A stretch of DNA of 58,901 nt, the filler included, from Sanchytrium tribonematis (taxonomy: Eukaryota), in the NCBI GenBank assembly GCA_018985235.1. It is 8 parts of 8 records of this genome, joined end to end, with 100 filler letters (N's around TTAATTAATTAA, not from the genome) between each part and the next. Parts side by side here need not be neighbours in the genome. Positions count along the whole stretch, not along the records: positions 36,941 to 44,205 come from JADGIG010000449.1; positions 44,306 to 51,563 come from JADGIG010000450.1; 6 more parts are not named here. One strand, given 5' to 3'. Below the pieces are notes generated by a model. The model worked only from the letters and a program-made list of their open reading frames with translations. It was not told the DNA's origin and did no database searches. Shown piece by piece: positions 37,054 through 49,001 of the stretch. The position numbers and the translations under genes are program-made. The stretch's first letter is position 1, and each line of letters opens with the position of its first letter.

Positions 37054-37341
37054 TTATTTACTATTAGAGTATTCTTGTTCAGTCTTATCTTCTGGAAAAA
37101 ATTTGAACACATTTCCAGGCTTAGGTGTCTTTGGAATTGCAACTTCACTTACCACATCGTCCTCAGATGTCAAAATACGTAATGGGTTGTAGAAACTATC
37201 AGAGTCAACAGTGTTTGGAGCAGTGGGGCTATTTTTTAGAGTAGCTTCACTATCTTCAGGGTTTAGCCATAAATTCTCGATAAACTGTGGTCCTGTTGAC
37301 TTCATTGGAATGGCACAAATTAAAACTATAGCAAACAGCAT
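37054..37341 (-). CDS. Small putative secreted protein
   Basis: Short signal peptide MLFAIVLICA; TATA-like and CCCC elements upstream; AATAAA overlaps the stop. Confidence 0.55.
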   Translation of the reverse strand: MLFAIVLICAIPMKSTGPQFIENLWLNPEDSEATLKNSPTAPNTVDSDSFYNPLRILTSEDDVVSEVAIPKTPKPGNVFKFFPEDKTEQEYSNSK

Positions 37342-37501
37342 ACGGATATGGGGCACTGCGTCCTTTTAACACAATTTCAAATGAGTAGGGGTATCATCAG
37401 ATTAATTGTGATATCAGAATGGCGCCATATTGTGTGATCGATGCGCCACTTTAGAGGTGATATCGTGTCAGTCAAATCAATGAAAAGAATTCAATATTTA
37501 T

Positions 37502-38707
37502 TCACGCAAATAAACTCACTAATACGAATACTGAAAATGACAAGAGAGATGCTGAAGATGTCCCTTCTTTTGGAGTGACATAAGAAGTCGTACGATTTGC
37601 CAAATTCAATAATTCAGTTGCATTTTGATCCAATAGATCTGTAATAAATGGAATACCCATCTTTTTAGCAAGATCTTGCTTGAAATCATTCCAACCTTGT
37701 TGTTTTTGTGCTTGTTGGCTAGAAATACCTAATTTGGCCATTTGATCATCAGATGCAGGTGGATTTGCAACTATTTGTGTGCTTCCATTGGTAGATGGTG
37801 TTGGTACATCTGTTGGTGAAGCTACTCGTGGCAATAAATTGGTGCTGGTTGGTAGAGATGAATTTGTAAAATTGGTTGTTGGTGTGACAGCAACAGGTGC
37901 TTTATATCCACCTTGATATGGCTGATAAGTGGCACAACAAATCTGGTTCATATGTGCATCACCATATGTGTATTCTGGATAAATTTGCGCTTTTTGTGAA
38001 TTCTCCTTGAGTTTTGAGGGATCGTAATCTCCTGTTGCATTTTGATATCTCTCATACAAACAATCCACCGATGCATGATGTGCCATGAATATAGGATCAT
38101 TAGCAGACCAATGCTGTCCCATATCTCCTAATACGAACAAGTGCTGCTCAGCGTGATACCCAACTTGTAAGAAATCACTAAAATCATGAAATGAGGGTGT
38201 TTGAACGAGTCCATTAATTGCAGCCGATCCACTAATGGCTCTAGAATGATTGAATTGACGTGCTACACAGTGCTTACCACCTACATCTGTATCTGCAGTC
38301 CCAAAAATAGTTTGATCATCTGATAATACACAACTGCCAGTTCCTGCACCATAATACTGTTCTGTCCATACAGGTGACTTGTCAGTACTTGTAGGGCCAT
38401 ACAAATCAGCATCTTCCCAAGCTGCGTAATACGGAATAGTCAAATATGGATTCTTTGAATGTTTTCTCACTGCGTCTTCAAATTTACACAAATAAATTCG
38501 ATGCCATTGCGCAAATACATAATTACCATGTACTTTTGGAAATACTTGAACATGAATCTCTGCCATTTTCTGATATTCTCCTGTTTTTTGCATGGTTTTC
38601 ACAGCTGTTTTAAAATCTAACCATTCTTCAGGAGACATGTCTCGTACTTCTTTACGTAATCTCTTTTCAGTACATGCACTGTAAACTGAGATCAATGAGA
38701 GTAGCAT
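37502..38707 (-). CDS. Secreted tyrosinase with Ser/Thr/Pro stalk and GPI-like tail
   Basis: RKEVRDMS, CuA H..VHG..F..WHR, IPYY, CuB YHAEQH..V.GDM..SANDPIFMAHHASVD. Confidence 0.92.
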   Translation of the reverse strand: MLLSLISVYSACTEKRLRKEVRDMSPEEWLDFKTAVKTMQKTGEYQKMAEIHVQVFPKVHGNYVFAQWHRIYLCKFEDAVRKHSKNPYLTIPYYAAWEDADLYGPTSTDKSPVWTEQYYGAGTGSCVLSDDQTIFGTADTDVGGKHCVARQFNHSRAISGSAAINGLVQTPSFHDFSDFLQVGYHAEQHLFVLGDMGQHWSANDPIFMAHHASVDCLYERYQNATGDYDPSKLKENSQKAQIYPEYTYGDAHMNQICCATYQPYQGGYKAPVAVTPTTNFTNSSLPTSTNLLPRVASPTDVPTPSTNGSTQIVANPPASDDQMAKLGISSQQAQKQQGWNDFKQDLAKKMGIPFITDLLDQNATELLNLANRTTSYVTPKEGTSSASLLSFSVFVLVSLFA

Positions 38708-38871
38708 TTTGTACACTTGGGATACTTTGGGTTTTAATTAATTTGAGATAAATTGCGATATTTTTGATTGGCTGGTGAAATGAATCTCAGTCATTTCTCG
38801 GACTTGCACAATCACCATTGACATTCATTAGATCCGTATATTTGTTGTTGTTTTAAAAAACATGATTTATT

Positions 38872-39750
38872 TTAATCTTGTTTTTCATCTTCTTCATCAC
38901 TTCTTGAATCATCCACATTATTCCCTTTAAGTACTTTTAACACCAATTTCAAAATCATGACACTCCAAATCAACACCAGCACATACAATGCAATCAATAA
39001 TCCCAATAAAAAGTAATAAATTTGAGTATTTAAATATCTGCCATTTTCATTATATTTTCCAAATTTAGAAAAGATAATAATCACTTGCAAGTATAACCAA
39101 GTACGTGTATATCCCCAATTTACCACAAAACATCCAAATAACACATCTGCCAATGTATTCAATTTTAAATATTTCATGCATTTCGCAATACACAAGAATA
39201 TATCCGTAGAATCGAATATCATTTCGATTAACAGCCCTATTTTATTTAAATGTAAGAACCAACTCATACTGACTAGTGAAATCGTGATAAAATGATGAAA
39301 TACCATCATCAAATGATCTTTTCGTTGTTTTTCATTAAATAAAACATAGACCATTTGAATCCACATGCTTAAAATTAACAGATAATACAATTTGACATTG
39401 AAATCAACATAGTGATGAGGCATATTTTGAATCACCAATGACCAATCATCCTTGAAATCACTATTTAAATAATTATACACGCCAAATGCAAATGTGGTTA
39501 AATACATGAATGCTTGATATAATTGTTCTTTAAATCGTTGCTGTTTTTTGAAATTCATTGGGATTTTTAATAAAATTTGACGGATAGATAGCCAAATCAT
39601 GCTGAAATAAAAAACGACAAATAAATCATTTTTACCAGACGTGTATTTGGTATTGGATGGATTTGGATAATGTAGAGTGTAGAATATGGATAATTGAGGG
39701 ATGATAAAGGATGCTAGGTAGATGCCGATTGATAAAATGAGATAATTCAT
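38872..39750 (-). CDS. LAG1: Ceramide synthase (TLC domain, Lag1/Lac1 family)
   Basis: RFKEQ, KLYYL, Lag1 motif RKDHLMMVFHHFITISL, D..DIFLCIAK, C-terminal DSRSDEE. Confidence 0.88.
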   Translation of the reverse strand: MNYLILSIGIYLASFIIPQLSIFYTLHYPNPSNTKYTSGKNDLFVVFYFSMIWLSIRQILLKIPMNFKKQQRFKEQLYQAFMYLTTFAFGVYNYLNSDFKDDWSLVIQNMPHHYVDFNVKLYYLLILSMWIQMVYVLFNEKQRKDHLMMVFHHFITISLVSMSWFLHLNKIGLLIEMIFDSTDIFLCIAKCMKYLKLNTLADVLFGCFVVNWGYTRTWLYLQVIIIFSKFGKYNENGRYLNTQIYYFLLGLLIALYVLVLIWSVMILKLVLKVLKGNNVDDSRSDEEDEKQD

Positions 39751-39795
39751 TTTATTGGGGGTGTTTTGAAAAATATTTTTAATTTTTAGAATGCC

Positions 39796-42568
39796 TTGAT
39801 GAGAATGGATTTGAGATTTCATGAGGAATATCATGACTGTGTGATGGCATATCTTGAAAGAACATTTTGTAGAAATTTTTTCAATAAAGTGGCTGTTTTT
39901 TTTTCTAACTTGAAACAGATGGCAGTAGACTATTTTATTCCAACATATTATAAAAATTACCTATTAAAATTTCCAAAGAAATTCAGTAACATAAATTCAA
40001 GTGCATCGAATATTGACTATATTAAAATCGATGAGGCTGACGTTCTCGAATTATTTATAAAGCATCTTGAGTTATATTTCAAAACAATCCATAATTTTGA
40101 TTTAAAGCCAGACAAGTCCTGCTATTATGTACAGATTATTGGTCAAGCCATCAAGTTGTATCCGGATCATTTAAATTGGAATTACGATTCAAAAATAGCA
40201 TTTGAAAAGCAATGGTTTGATTTTTGGAATCTTAAATTCAAAGAAAATAACCGTTTAGATAATCCCGACTTATTTTCTACATATTTGATAGATATATTCC
40301 GCAGCAATTCAATTTTAAAAAGTATTGGTCTTAAAAATATATTAAAAATGTGTGTTCTAGATGGTAAATATGATGCAGTTGGTCAAAATTGCATGTCTAG
40401 AAAAGATGATATTTGTATTGGATCGATTTATGGATATGAAATGTCCAAAAACAACGATACAATCACTATAAAATATAAAGATAATTTTTCTGAATTTCAT
40501 TCTCTCTACGAGAGTTCAGATCCATTTACTACACTTTTGCGCAAATTTTCACTCGACAAGGGTAATTCTAAAGGTACTTGTACATTTCAACTAAGTGACA
40601 TACAGTATGTGGATGAGTGTTTCAATTATTTAGACAAACGTCTGACTTTGATGCCAATTTATCAATGCTGGCAAACTATCAATACGGATATAATCTTAAG
40701 ATTGATTAGATTAGATTTGGAACTGCTATTTCCCCAATATGAATTAGAAAAAGAGGATAGACTAATTCGACTCATTTTATTGGTGGTTTGGAAATCTATC
40801 GATGGAATCCAATTTAATGATAATTCTGATGAATGCAAAGCAAGAATTAGGAATATATTTGTTAAACATTGGCAAGTTGATACTTCATTTGACTTTAATT
40901 CATTTTTAGAGTCATTTCAAATATTTTGGCAAAAATTGTGCGATGAATTATTTATCAAAAGACACAATTCTCGAACGAGTAGCAGTCAATTTGGTGAATA
41001 TCAATGTTTAGCATATGCCTTTCAAATTGGTAATTATACAAGTCAAAATATAAAAGATATGTGTTTAACATTTGATAAATTAGATCATCAGTATATCTCG
41101 AGCCCAAAAAATCTAAAAGAATTTATCAATTTTGATAAATGGAATATTTATGGCAAATATAATATGTTTCTGAAACATAAAGATATTTCCAAATTAAATG
41201 GCAATTTAGAATTAGATGAAGTCACATTTACCATTTCAAGATTTAATTACAAATTATGGATATTTGCAATTATTTGCTGCTCTCAATCTGACTCTATTTC
41301 ATTAAAGAGTATTTTTAATTTATTTAGAATTGGAACCATTTTTGAAGAATTTATTTGACAATTCTTCAAATGAATTTACTGTGAATTCACTTGATCTACT
41401 TTTAGAAAGTGGTGTATCACCTGAAATTGATTTAAATCAAGAAATTAGTGTCGATTTAAATTTTAAAACAAGAAAGTTTACAAATAGTCTTTTATATCCC
41501 AATAACTCCCAACATTCAAAATTCATGTCAATTTGCGAAAATTTTGATGAAATTGTATTTATAATAGTATTTGTTTTACAATTAATTGGATTTATATATC
41601 TTGTTACACAATTTCGCAATTTTTATGCATTAATCACGCCAATCATTGTGATTTGCTATTTTGGATATCATGCTGTGAATATTATCTATCAGCGTGTGAC
41701 GGCAAACAGCGTAAATCAATCAAAATCAACTGAAAATGTCAAATTAGAAGAATATTTTATATTTGGTCTAAAAGGACTTCAAGGTATGCAAAAACGATCT
41801 ATAACTAAAATTGGAACAGTAGCAAAAATACAAGACAAACTGCATGTTTATACCTATAAGGACTACAATTTATTGGTAATTATTGCAATTTATGTACTTT
41901 TAGTAAGTTCTTCATTGTTATTTCTCAAATCTGCATGTCAAGGAAATAAGGAAAATCAGCCATTTTGGCTATTAAATAACACCTGTGCGTTTTACTCAAC
42001 TTGTTTTGAGTCCTACTTCGACTTTTTCTCAACATTTTGGACCATTGCTTTTTTATCACCCATTTTAGCGTTTGAAGATATTATAAAGGGTGTTCAAATA
42101 ATAATGACTGGTTCAATGATTGTCTTAGGATGGTACTACTCCCATTACTATGACAAAATTTCATTCGGTTTATTTGGTACAAGAACAAAATTCAATTCAT
42201 TGACAGATTTGATAGAAAGTGGATATAATCGAGACAGCTGCATAAAATTTGTTCTTGACTCGATTTTGGATAACAAATTGTATCCCGATTCTAGTTTCGT
42301 GTTATATCAATACTCCAGTGGCCCATTTAAATTTAATCAGAAAATCACACTTGGGAATTTAGTAGATTGTGGATATTGTTATTTTATGCAGTCTAATAAG
42401 CATTTTTTTTATCATAAAGAGATTAGAAGTTTGTGTATGATTAATGAGAGAATTTTATCAGTGTTTGATGGGATCGATACTGAAGAAATCAATATTCCTG
42501 ATGTATTGTTTGAAAATATGATTCCAATGACAATGGCAGATATTGAAGTGAAAATTTCAAACTTGTAA
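39796..42568 (+). CDS. Large hypothetical membrane protein (about 900 aa); two ORFs joined by a 19-nt intron at 41309-41327
   Basis: Removing GTATTTTTAATTTATTTAG fuses SISLK to KLEPFLKN in frame; several TM segments in the C-terminal half; start codon uncertain. Confidence 0.7.
41309..41327 (+). other. 19-nt GT-AG intron
   Basis: Frame-restoring; matches the intron consensus (A at -6). Confidence 0.8.
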
Positions 42569-42798
42569 ATAGTAAATAAATATGTCAATTGTCACGGCTA
42601 AATTGTTAAACGGGACTCTATTTACCCCAAATCGTGCAAGTTCTGTGCCACTCTGTGTCATTTAAATCTATTCAATTGATTCGATGCTAAATACTTTTTG
42701 AAATCCTGATTCATTTCAACACACCAATGATATTTATTGTGCAAGTTTGAAATATCTCTGATTAAACATAAAAGGGGGAGATTCCCCAGAAAGTAGAC

Positions 42799-43629
42799 AT
42801 GATCTATACAACAGTATTTGCAACACCATTAACATCGTATGAAAAGCCTTATGATTCTAAACAGTCTAGTTTGCCACAACTCTACCCAAATTGGATTCAA
42901 ATTTCAGATTTCAAAACGACCCTATATGATATCTCAATGAGTGATTTTATTGTGTGTGGTACATCAGTGTCAGATGACCCAAACGAACTTGATAATATTT
43001 ATTGTAAGGATCTTCAAGCTAATGGTGGAGAATGGAAAATGAGAAAAGATGGTTCAAAATTACGAAAAATTGCAATTGATTCTGGTGCCGCAGTAGGTCT
43101 GAATAAGGAAAATCAAGTATGGTTTACACCAGATGTCAAAGACTATAAGACTATATTTGTTCAACTTGGTAGCGGTTTTCAAACTATTGATATTTCCAAT
43201 TCAAATATTATTGCAATTGATACAAATAACAAATTGCACAAGGGAAGTGCTGGGAGTACGACTTGGAACCAAGCTGGAGATGGAAATTATCATGATGCGG
43301 CAATCTATGGAAATCGAATTTGCGCCATCTCATTTGTGAACAGAGGTTTATTTTGCACAAGTGATATCACGCAGCATCCAGTGAAATGGACTCAATTAAC
43401 AGGAGCACCAGCCTTTACGAGTATTAAAATGAGTGATAGTAGAATTTGTGGGTTGGCAATGCCAACATCAAATTACATCATTTGTTCTAAATTTAACCAA
43501 GACACTTTGGAATACGACGATGTTTGGCAACAAGTCCATGAAATGGTTGGGGCATTTGATATTGAGGGATCTAACATTTATAAGACTGGTAAATCTGGAA
43601 AGGTGTACACTGGTATTTTCTCGGATTAA
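42799..43629 (+). CDS. Putative secreted beta-propeller (tectonin/tachylectin-like) protein
   Basis: Repeats of W-x-Q-[IL]...I.[IM]S..RIC[AG]; very short hydrophobic N-terminus. Confidence 0.65.
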   Translation: MIYTTVFATPLTSYEKPYDSKQSSLPQLYPNWIQISDFKTTLYDISMSDFIVCGTSVSDDPNELDNIYCKDLQANGGEWKMRKDGSKLRKIAIDSGAAVGLNKENQVWFTPDVKDYKTIFVQLGSGFQTIDISNSNIIAIDTNNKLHKGSAGSTTWNQAGDGNYHDAAIYGNRICAISFVNRGLFCTSDITQHPVKWTQLTGAPAFTSIKMSDSRICGLAMPTSNYIICSKFNQDTLEYDDVWQQVHEMVGAFDIEGSNIYKTGKSGKVYTGIFSD

Positions 43630-43640
43630 ATTTATATTAT

Positions 43641-44205
43641 TTACTTACATTTGCAATGATTTCCGCATTTTTTAAAATTTTCATATTTTTCTTTTATTTC
43701 TTTTGGAGTCAAGTGATGGACTAGAAAATATCTATTTTCACAATTGGCATGATCTGAATCAATATCAGGGACGTCTACTAGTATAGTATTAGTGGCAGCG
43801 AGCCAGACACCCAATGCCGCATCTTCATTGGGAAATATTTTAAGCCATCCATTTTCATATTGATTGACAATATATTTGACTATATCAAATGATAGAGCAT
43901 AGCCACAACCACCTAGAAATGTGGGATATTCGTGGGATGGATAAAATTTGTGGAAAACTCCCATATTTTTAGCCATTCTTCCTAGAGCTGTTTTGGATTC
44001 ACTTTTACTTAAAAGCTTATTTAAAAGAGACGGATTGATCCACACATCTGTATCTGTCTTGAATATCCACTGTGGATTATAGTGATTGACTAGAAATTGA
44101 TGAATAAAAACCATTTTTTGTGTCAGATCGTCATAGCTTTCTTTGAGAGGCACCGACTCAATATCATGATAAATGGATTGTTCATATTGTAACTGACGTG
44201 TTTGG
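43641..44205 (-). CDS. GT31 beta-1,3-galactosyltransferase family, 5' truncated
   Basis: ESYDDLTQK, WIFKTDTDVWIN (DxD), YPTFLGGCGYALS.D, NEDAALGVWL. Confidence 0.88.
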
Positions 44206-44465
44206 NNNNNNNNNNNNNNNNNNNNNNNNNNNNNNNNNNNNNNNNNNNNTTAATTAATTAANNNNNNNNNNNNNNNNNNNNNNNNNNNNNNNNNNNNNNN
44301 NNNNNTTGCTGGGAACATCCGACTCTAATGACACCAATTCAGCATAGGACATAGTATTTCTCTTTCTCAGTTTCATTCCTGTATTCAAATCATTGTTAGA
44401 TATCTTTTTACGCTCTTTCTCAGAATTGCTCGAATCTTCATGAAGCATTTTCGAATTCTCCTGTT

Positions 44466-45581
44466 TCATTCATATAATGTAGGAAAATATTGGACCAAAT
44501 TCCTTCTTTTATAATGTGCCACATAGGGATCTATGAATATTTCAGACAAGAGGCCAATTTCACGCATTTCAAGATTGACATTTCCATATTCCTCTGCCAA
44601 ATTTAAAATCACATCTTTTTGTTCTTTGTAACTTTCAGGTCTATAAACAAAAAAGAATGTCGCAAAATCAATTAATAATTGAGAAAGACGATTAGGGTCA
44701 GTTTCAGACACTTGATAAAACAAATCAATCATGAATCCAGTATATGCTCCATTTTGAGTGAATATTGAATCTAATTGATGCAAAGACTCTAGAAATTGTG
44801 TAGCAAGTGTCACAAATCTGTCTCCTAATTCTGCCTCGAGCTCTGCCAAATAATATAGATCATTGACCATCCAAGTAGCGTCCTTCTTCAGAAGGACATC
44901 CCAAGATGAAACTTCGAGTTGAAAAATTGAAGGATACCGCTTTGAGATTATGTAAAAATTTGTTTCTAAATCAAAAGATTGAGCGCGAATGGTTCGGAAA
45001 GCAGTAAAATATTTGGGATACTTCAACGAGACATCTGCTCTTAAAAAATAAGCTACAAATCTATCGGAAAAGGTTTTGCCCACAAGATTATATGTAAAGC
45101 GATAGTTGTACTTCTCACTTAAATGTTCTAACGTTTCCCGCTGTGATTGTTGTGAATTTGGTCTATATACGAATATGAAAGTGGCGAAATCGCGCAACAA
45201 ATCTGATAGCCTACTTTGTTGAGTCTCAAACACATTCTCAAATAATTGTATCATCAGATTATAGTAGACGTGTTGTGTAAATTCTGCACCCAATTGATTA
45301 AATGATACAATAATTAATCGTACAACATTCTTTACCTTTTCCTGCGCAGGTCGTTGATCATCAAACCATTCTGCTGCATAAATTAATGCGTTAACAGGCC
45401 ACGCTAATTCTAAATTAATAATATCACTGGATTTAAAGTCTTTTCTATCAAATAAACCTTTGTATTTGGCCGCAATTTCCGTATTATCTTCGGGAGCCCA
45501 TTTCATTTGTGTCAGCAGCGTATCTCTACTTAGACTATTATATGGAAAGACACCCAATACACACAACAATGCAAACAACAT
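44466..45581 (-). CDS. Secreted protein with two copies of an unknown helical domain
   Basis: Signal MLFALLCVLG; internal repeat W.VN.L.Y.AE...RLS.LL.DFATF.FVYRP occurs twice. Confidence 0.75.
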   Translation of the reverse strand: MLFALLCVLGVFPYNSLSRDTLLTQMKWAPEDNTEIAAKYKGLFDRKDFKSSDIINLELAWPVNALIYAAEWFDDQRPAQEKVKNVVRLIIVSFNQLGAEFTQHVYYNLMIQLFENVFETQQSRLSDLLRDFATFIFVYRPNSQQSQRETLEHLSEKYNYRFTYNLVGKTFSDRFVAYFLRADVSLKYPKYFTAFRTIRAQSFDLETNFYIISKRYPSIFQLEVSSWDVLLKKDATWMVNDLYYLAELEAELGDRFVTLATQFLESLHQLDSIFTQNGAYTGFMIDLFYQVSETDPNRLSQLLIDFATFFFVYRPESYKEQKDVILNLAEEYGNVNLEMREIGLLSEIFIDPYVAHYKRRNLVQYFPTLYE

Positions 45582-45799
45582 GGGGAAGGTACTGTCTGTC
45601 TCTTTTATGACAAATGGGGGAAGCACGTGGTCACACCAAAACACTCCTGTCGTACAATTTTAGAATAGTCAAATAGACGCCTCCAAGTATTCGGAAGTGT
45701 CCCAAACATTCATCACACTCTCTCAAATCTCTCAAATCACCTTGCATCCCACCAAATCCCTAGAACCAAAATCACAAATTTTTTATATTTTTTGAAACA

Positions 45800-47829
45800 A
45801 TGTCTTCCCATCTCATCCAAAAACAAAATCAACTCATCCAACTCCTCTACCAACAATCCCAAGAAAATAACCAATTAACCCCACAAATCACTCAATTATA
45901 TAATCAAATAAGCCAATTAATCACTCAAAATCATGAAATCCAAGTCAGAATATCCATCGTGCATCACGGTAAAGTGGGATTTATTATTGATTATACCAGT
46001 GGAGTCAATCACCATGCCATCTTCAAATCAGTCGATCAAATATGGTATTTCTGCGCATTACTCCAAAAACACCATAAAGGGAATAAATCTAAGCCATTAA
46101 AATCACAACGGCCTGTTCCCCATCAATCTAATTCCTCATTGACACTCAGTAGTCATTCCATTGCTCAACCAATGACCAATTTAGACTTGAAATTGATCAA
46201 ATTCCCTGAAAAACAAATATTATTGACAAATGATCCCCATATGATGGATAAACGTAGAAAACAAGTAGATGAATTCTTGAAATCATTAATTCACCAATAT
46301 CCCAATGAGCACAGTATATTAGATTTCTTAAATAGTGATTTTTACACTGAAGAATCTGATGTGAAATCGATTGATTATAAAATTGATAAATCAGCCAGTC
46401 AATCTTTAGAAATCCATAAATCCACTTCCCCATCCACACACACTATGAATGCACCCACTCCCAATTCCAATAGTCAATCCACTACCCATTTAAATGACAA
46501 ATCTGATAAAAGTGATAAAATTGAGAAATCTACAGAGAAACCTGCCCCTGAAAATCCAGATGAAGTCATTATTGGCAAATCTGGCTATTTAATGAAGTTC
46601 TCACGTGGTAAATGGAAACCTAGATTCTATATATTAGAGCAAGATGGCTTATATGGCCATAAAGACAATCATCGTCACATGATCACTTTTAAATCTGCCA
46701 ATATTTGTTTATTGACTGATTATTTGCGTGATCCAATTGCCCAACAAATTGCATCCACTTTATTAATGGAACAAGTCCCAAATGTCCTCGTCATTCACTA
46801 TAATAATCATGCTCAATATTTAAAATGTCATTCCAGTTATGACCGTGATTCTTGGTTTAGAGCCATCCAATTGGCATTGGGTGAATATAACAAGCGTCCC
46901 AAGTTCTTTAGATGGTTTACCACTGATAAAAGTACCAAAGAAACACCAGGCAATCCCACCAATCAAAATGAGAAATTTGATAAAAATGATAAATCGACAT
47001 CCCTCCAATTTGGTGTCCCACTCATTAAATGCACTGCTAATTCACTATTACCACCAGTCATATTCAGATGTATTGAATATTTAGACACCAAACAAGCGTA
47101 TTTAGAAGAAGGCATTTACAGATTATCTGGTTCTACAAACACGATTAAACAATTAAAAGATGCATTTAACAAAGATGGAGATGTTAATTTATTAGTGCAA
47201 TACCCCAATGTAGATGTACATGCAGTAGCTGGCTTGTTAAAATTATGGTTTAGAGAATTACCAGAAAATATTTTATCTAATTTAATTGGATATTTTAACA
47301 AATGTAATGATTTAGACAAACAAAGCAAGACAGTAGAATGTCGTAAATTAGTGAATTTATTAGATTTACCCTATTACACGCTATTAAGGGGATTAATTGC
47401 CCATTTGCGCATTATCACCAATTATTCAGAAAATAATAAAATGACCATTAGCAATATTGGGATTGTATTTGCACCCACATTAAATATCAGTGCTGGATTA
47501 TTCTGCCATTTTATACAATATTTTGAAGATATTTTCATGGATTTAGATATTGGCAATGAAGATGAAACACAAGGAAGTGAACAAAAAGATGTAGATTCTA
47601 ATGGAGAATTAGATTCTACTGGTAGTTATTTAGATATTCCAATGGATATGATGAAACCAGATGAATTAGAAATGGAACATTTAGAAATTGGAATGAGTAA
47701 AAGTAGAAATAGTCAATTTACAAGGAATTCATTGATTTATGAAGACAAGTCATTTTATATTCATGTAGTGTGCCAGATTTATTGAAACAATTGGAGACTC
47801 AATTTAAAAAAGAAAAGGATGAGAAATAA
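45800..47829 (+). CDS. PX-like/PH/RhoGAP protein (Bem3-like); candidate 20-nt intron at 47749-47768
   Basis: PH KSGYLMK..WKPRFYIL; RhoGAP FGVPL, EGIYRLSG, DVHAVAGLLKLWFRELP, NKMT..NIGIVFAPTL; splicing gives RNSLIYEDNVPDLLKQLE...K* with AATAAA at the stop. Confidence 0.88.
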
Positions 47830-47840
47830 ATAAAGTGTTT

Positions 47841-48776
47841 TTATTGAATAATGCAAAATTTACCATTTCGACACCGTGACTTGGGATTTGTTTCAGGATC
47901 AGAAAGTCCGTTCAACTCTTCTTCAGTTTCAGAAAGTCCGTTCAACTCTTCTTCAGTTTCAGAAAGTCCTATTAATTCGTCCAAGGCAGTCCATGGATAT
48001 TTTACATTTTCTTTTTTTAAATCATCTGGAAGGAACTCTTGAACCTGTGGATTCAACCAATGCTTATAAAAATGATAACGATAACCTTTACAAGGTAGCT
48101 CTTGTCTATCCAAATTAATGTCATATGGCTCAATGAATTTTCGGATGAGATCAAATTGATTCAAATATTCAATGAGTCGATTTGCAAAGAATGCTCGGGC
48201 ATAAAACTTTAACAACTGAGGAACTTGCTTTGGGTTTGAATCAAATACTTTGTTATATACACTTGTCATTGCATAAATATATATATTGCCTTGATCATAC
48301 AAACTGCCAACATTGCTGATAGCAGTGAAAACCAGTGTTCCTACCCTTTTTAATCTGTCCATATCAACACCACCTTTCTTCATCTCTTTATCCATCCATT
48401 CACCCAAATAAAATAATACATTGGCTATCCACGCTGGTTCTAATTGTGGATTCAAAAAAGTGTATGCTTGTAGATCCGGATCATTAAAGTAGTTCTCGTA
48501 CATTTCATAAACACTGATGTGTTCACTGATGATTTCAGACACTTGTGTGTATTTCGTCTTCAGTCTAAAGAATCTTACCAAGCTTCGTCTCTGACCAACA
48601 GGACTCCAAATTTCTTCATTAGGAAAATATTCTGGCGCATTAGTTGTTCCTAAATAGTAGAAAATTTTAACTTTTTCTTCCCATTTTTCTACGTAGTTAG
48701 CCGCAAACCATATATCGTCCTCATCGCCAGAGAATCTCCCTACCGTTCCAAATACACACAACAATGCAAACAACAT
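47841..48776 (-). CDS. Secreted paralog of the 44466-45581 protein (one copy of the domain)
   Basis: Signal MLFALLCVFG; PAWIANVLFYLGEW...VPQLLKFYARAFFANR. Confidence 0.75.
   Translation of the reverse strand: MLFALLCVFGTVGRFSGDEDDIWFAANYVEKWEEKVKIFYYLGTTNAPEYFPNEEIWSPVGQRRSLVRFFRLKTKYTQVSEIISEHISVYEMYENYFNDPDLQAYTFLNPQLEPAWIANVLFYLGEWMDKEMKKGGVDMDRLKRVGTLVFTAISNVGSLYDQGNIYIYAMTSVYNKVFDSNPKQVPQLLKFYARAFFANRLIEYLNQFDLIRKFIEPYDINLDRQELPCKGYRYHFYKHWLNPQVQEFLPDDLKKENVKYPWTALDELIGLSETEEELNGLSETEEELNGLSDPETNPKSRCRNGKFCIIQ
47901..47968. repeat. 30-bp tandem repeat (about 2.3 copies) in coding sequence
   Basis: AGAAAGTCCGTTCAACTCTTCTTCAGTTTC repeated; encodes GLSETEEELN. Confidence 0.9.
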
Positions 48777-49001
48777 GGGGGAGGGTCTCTATTTCTCTTT
48801 TAAACATAAAAAACAACACGTGGTCACACAAATCACATCACATGGCAGTACAAATAACCCCGCTGTTAAATGAAACGAGGTAGTACAAAAAATCATCAAA
48901 TAGACGCCCCCAAAAGAGTCAAAACTCATCCCAAATGCATCAAAACCAACTTCTTTATCACTTTTCCATAAATTTAATTTTCCTCTAATCTTTTTCAAAA
49001 C

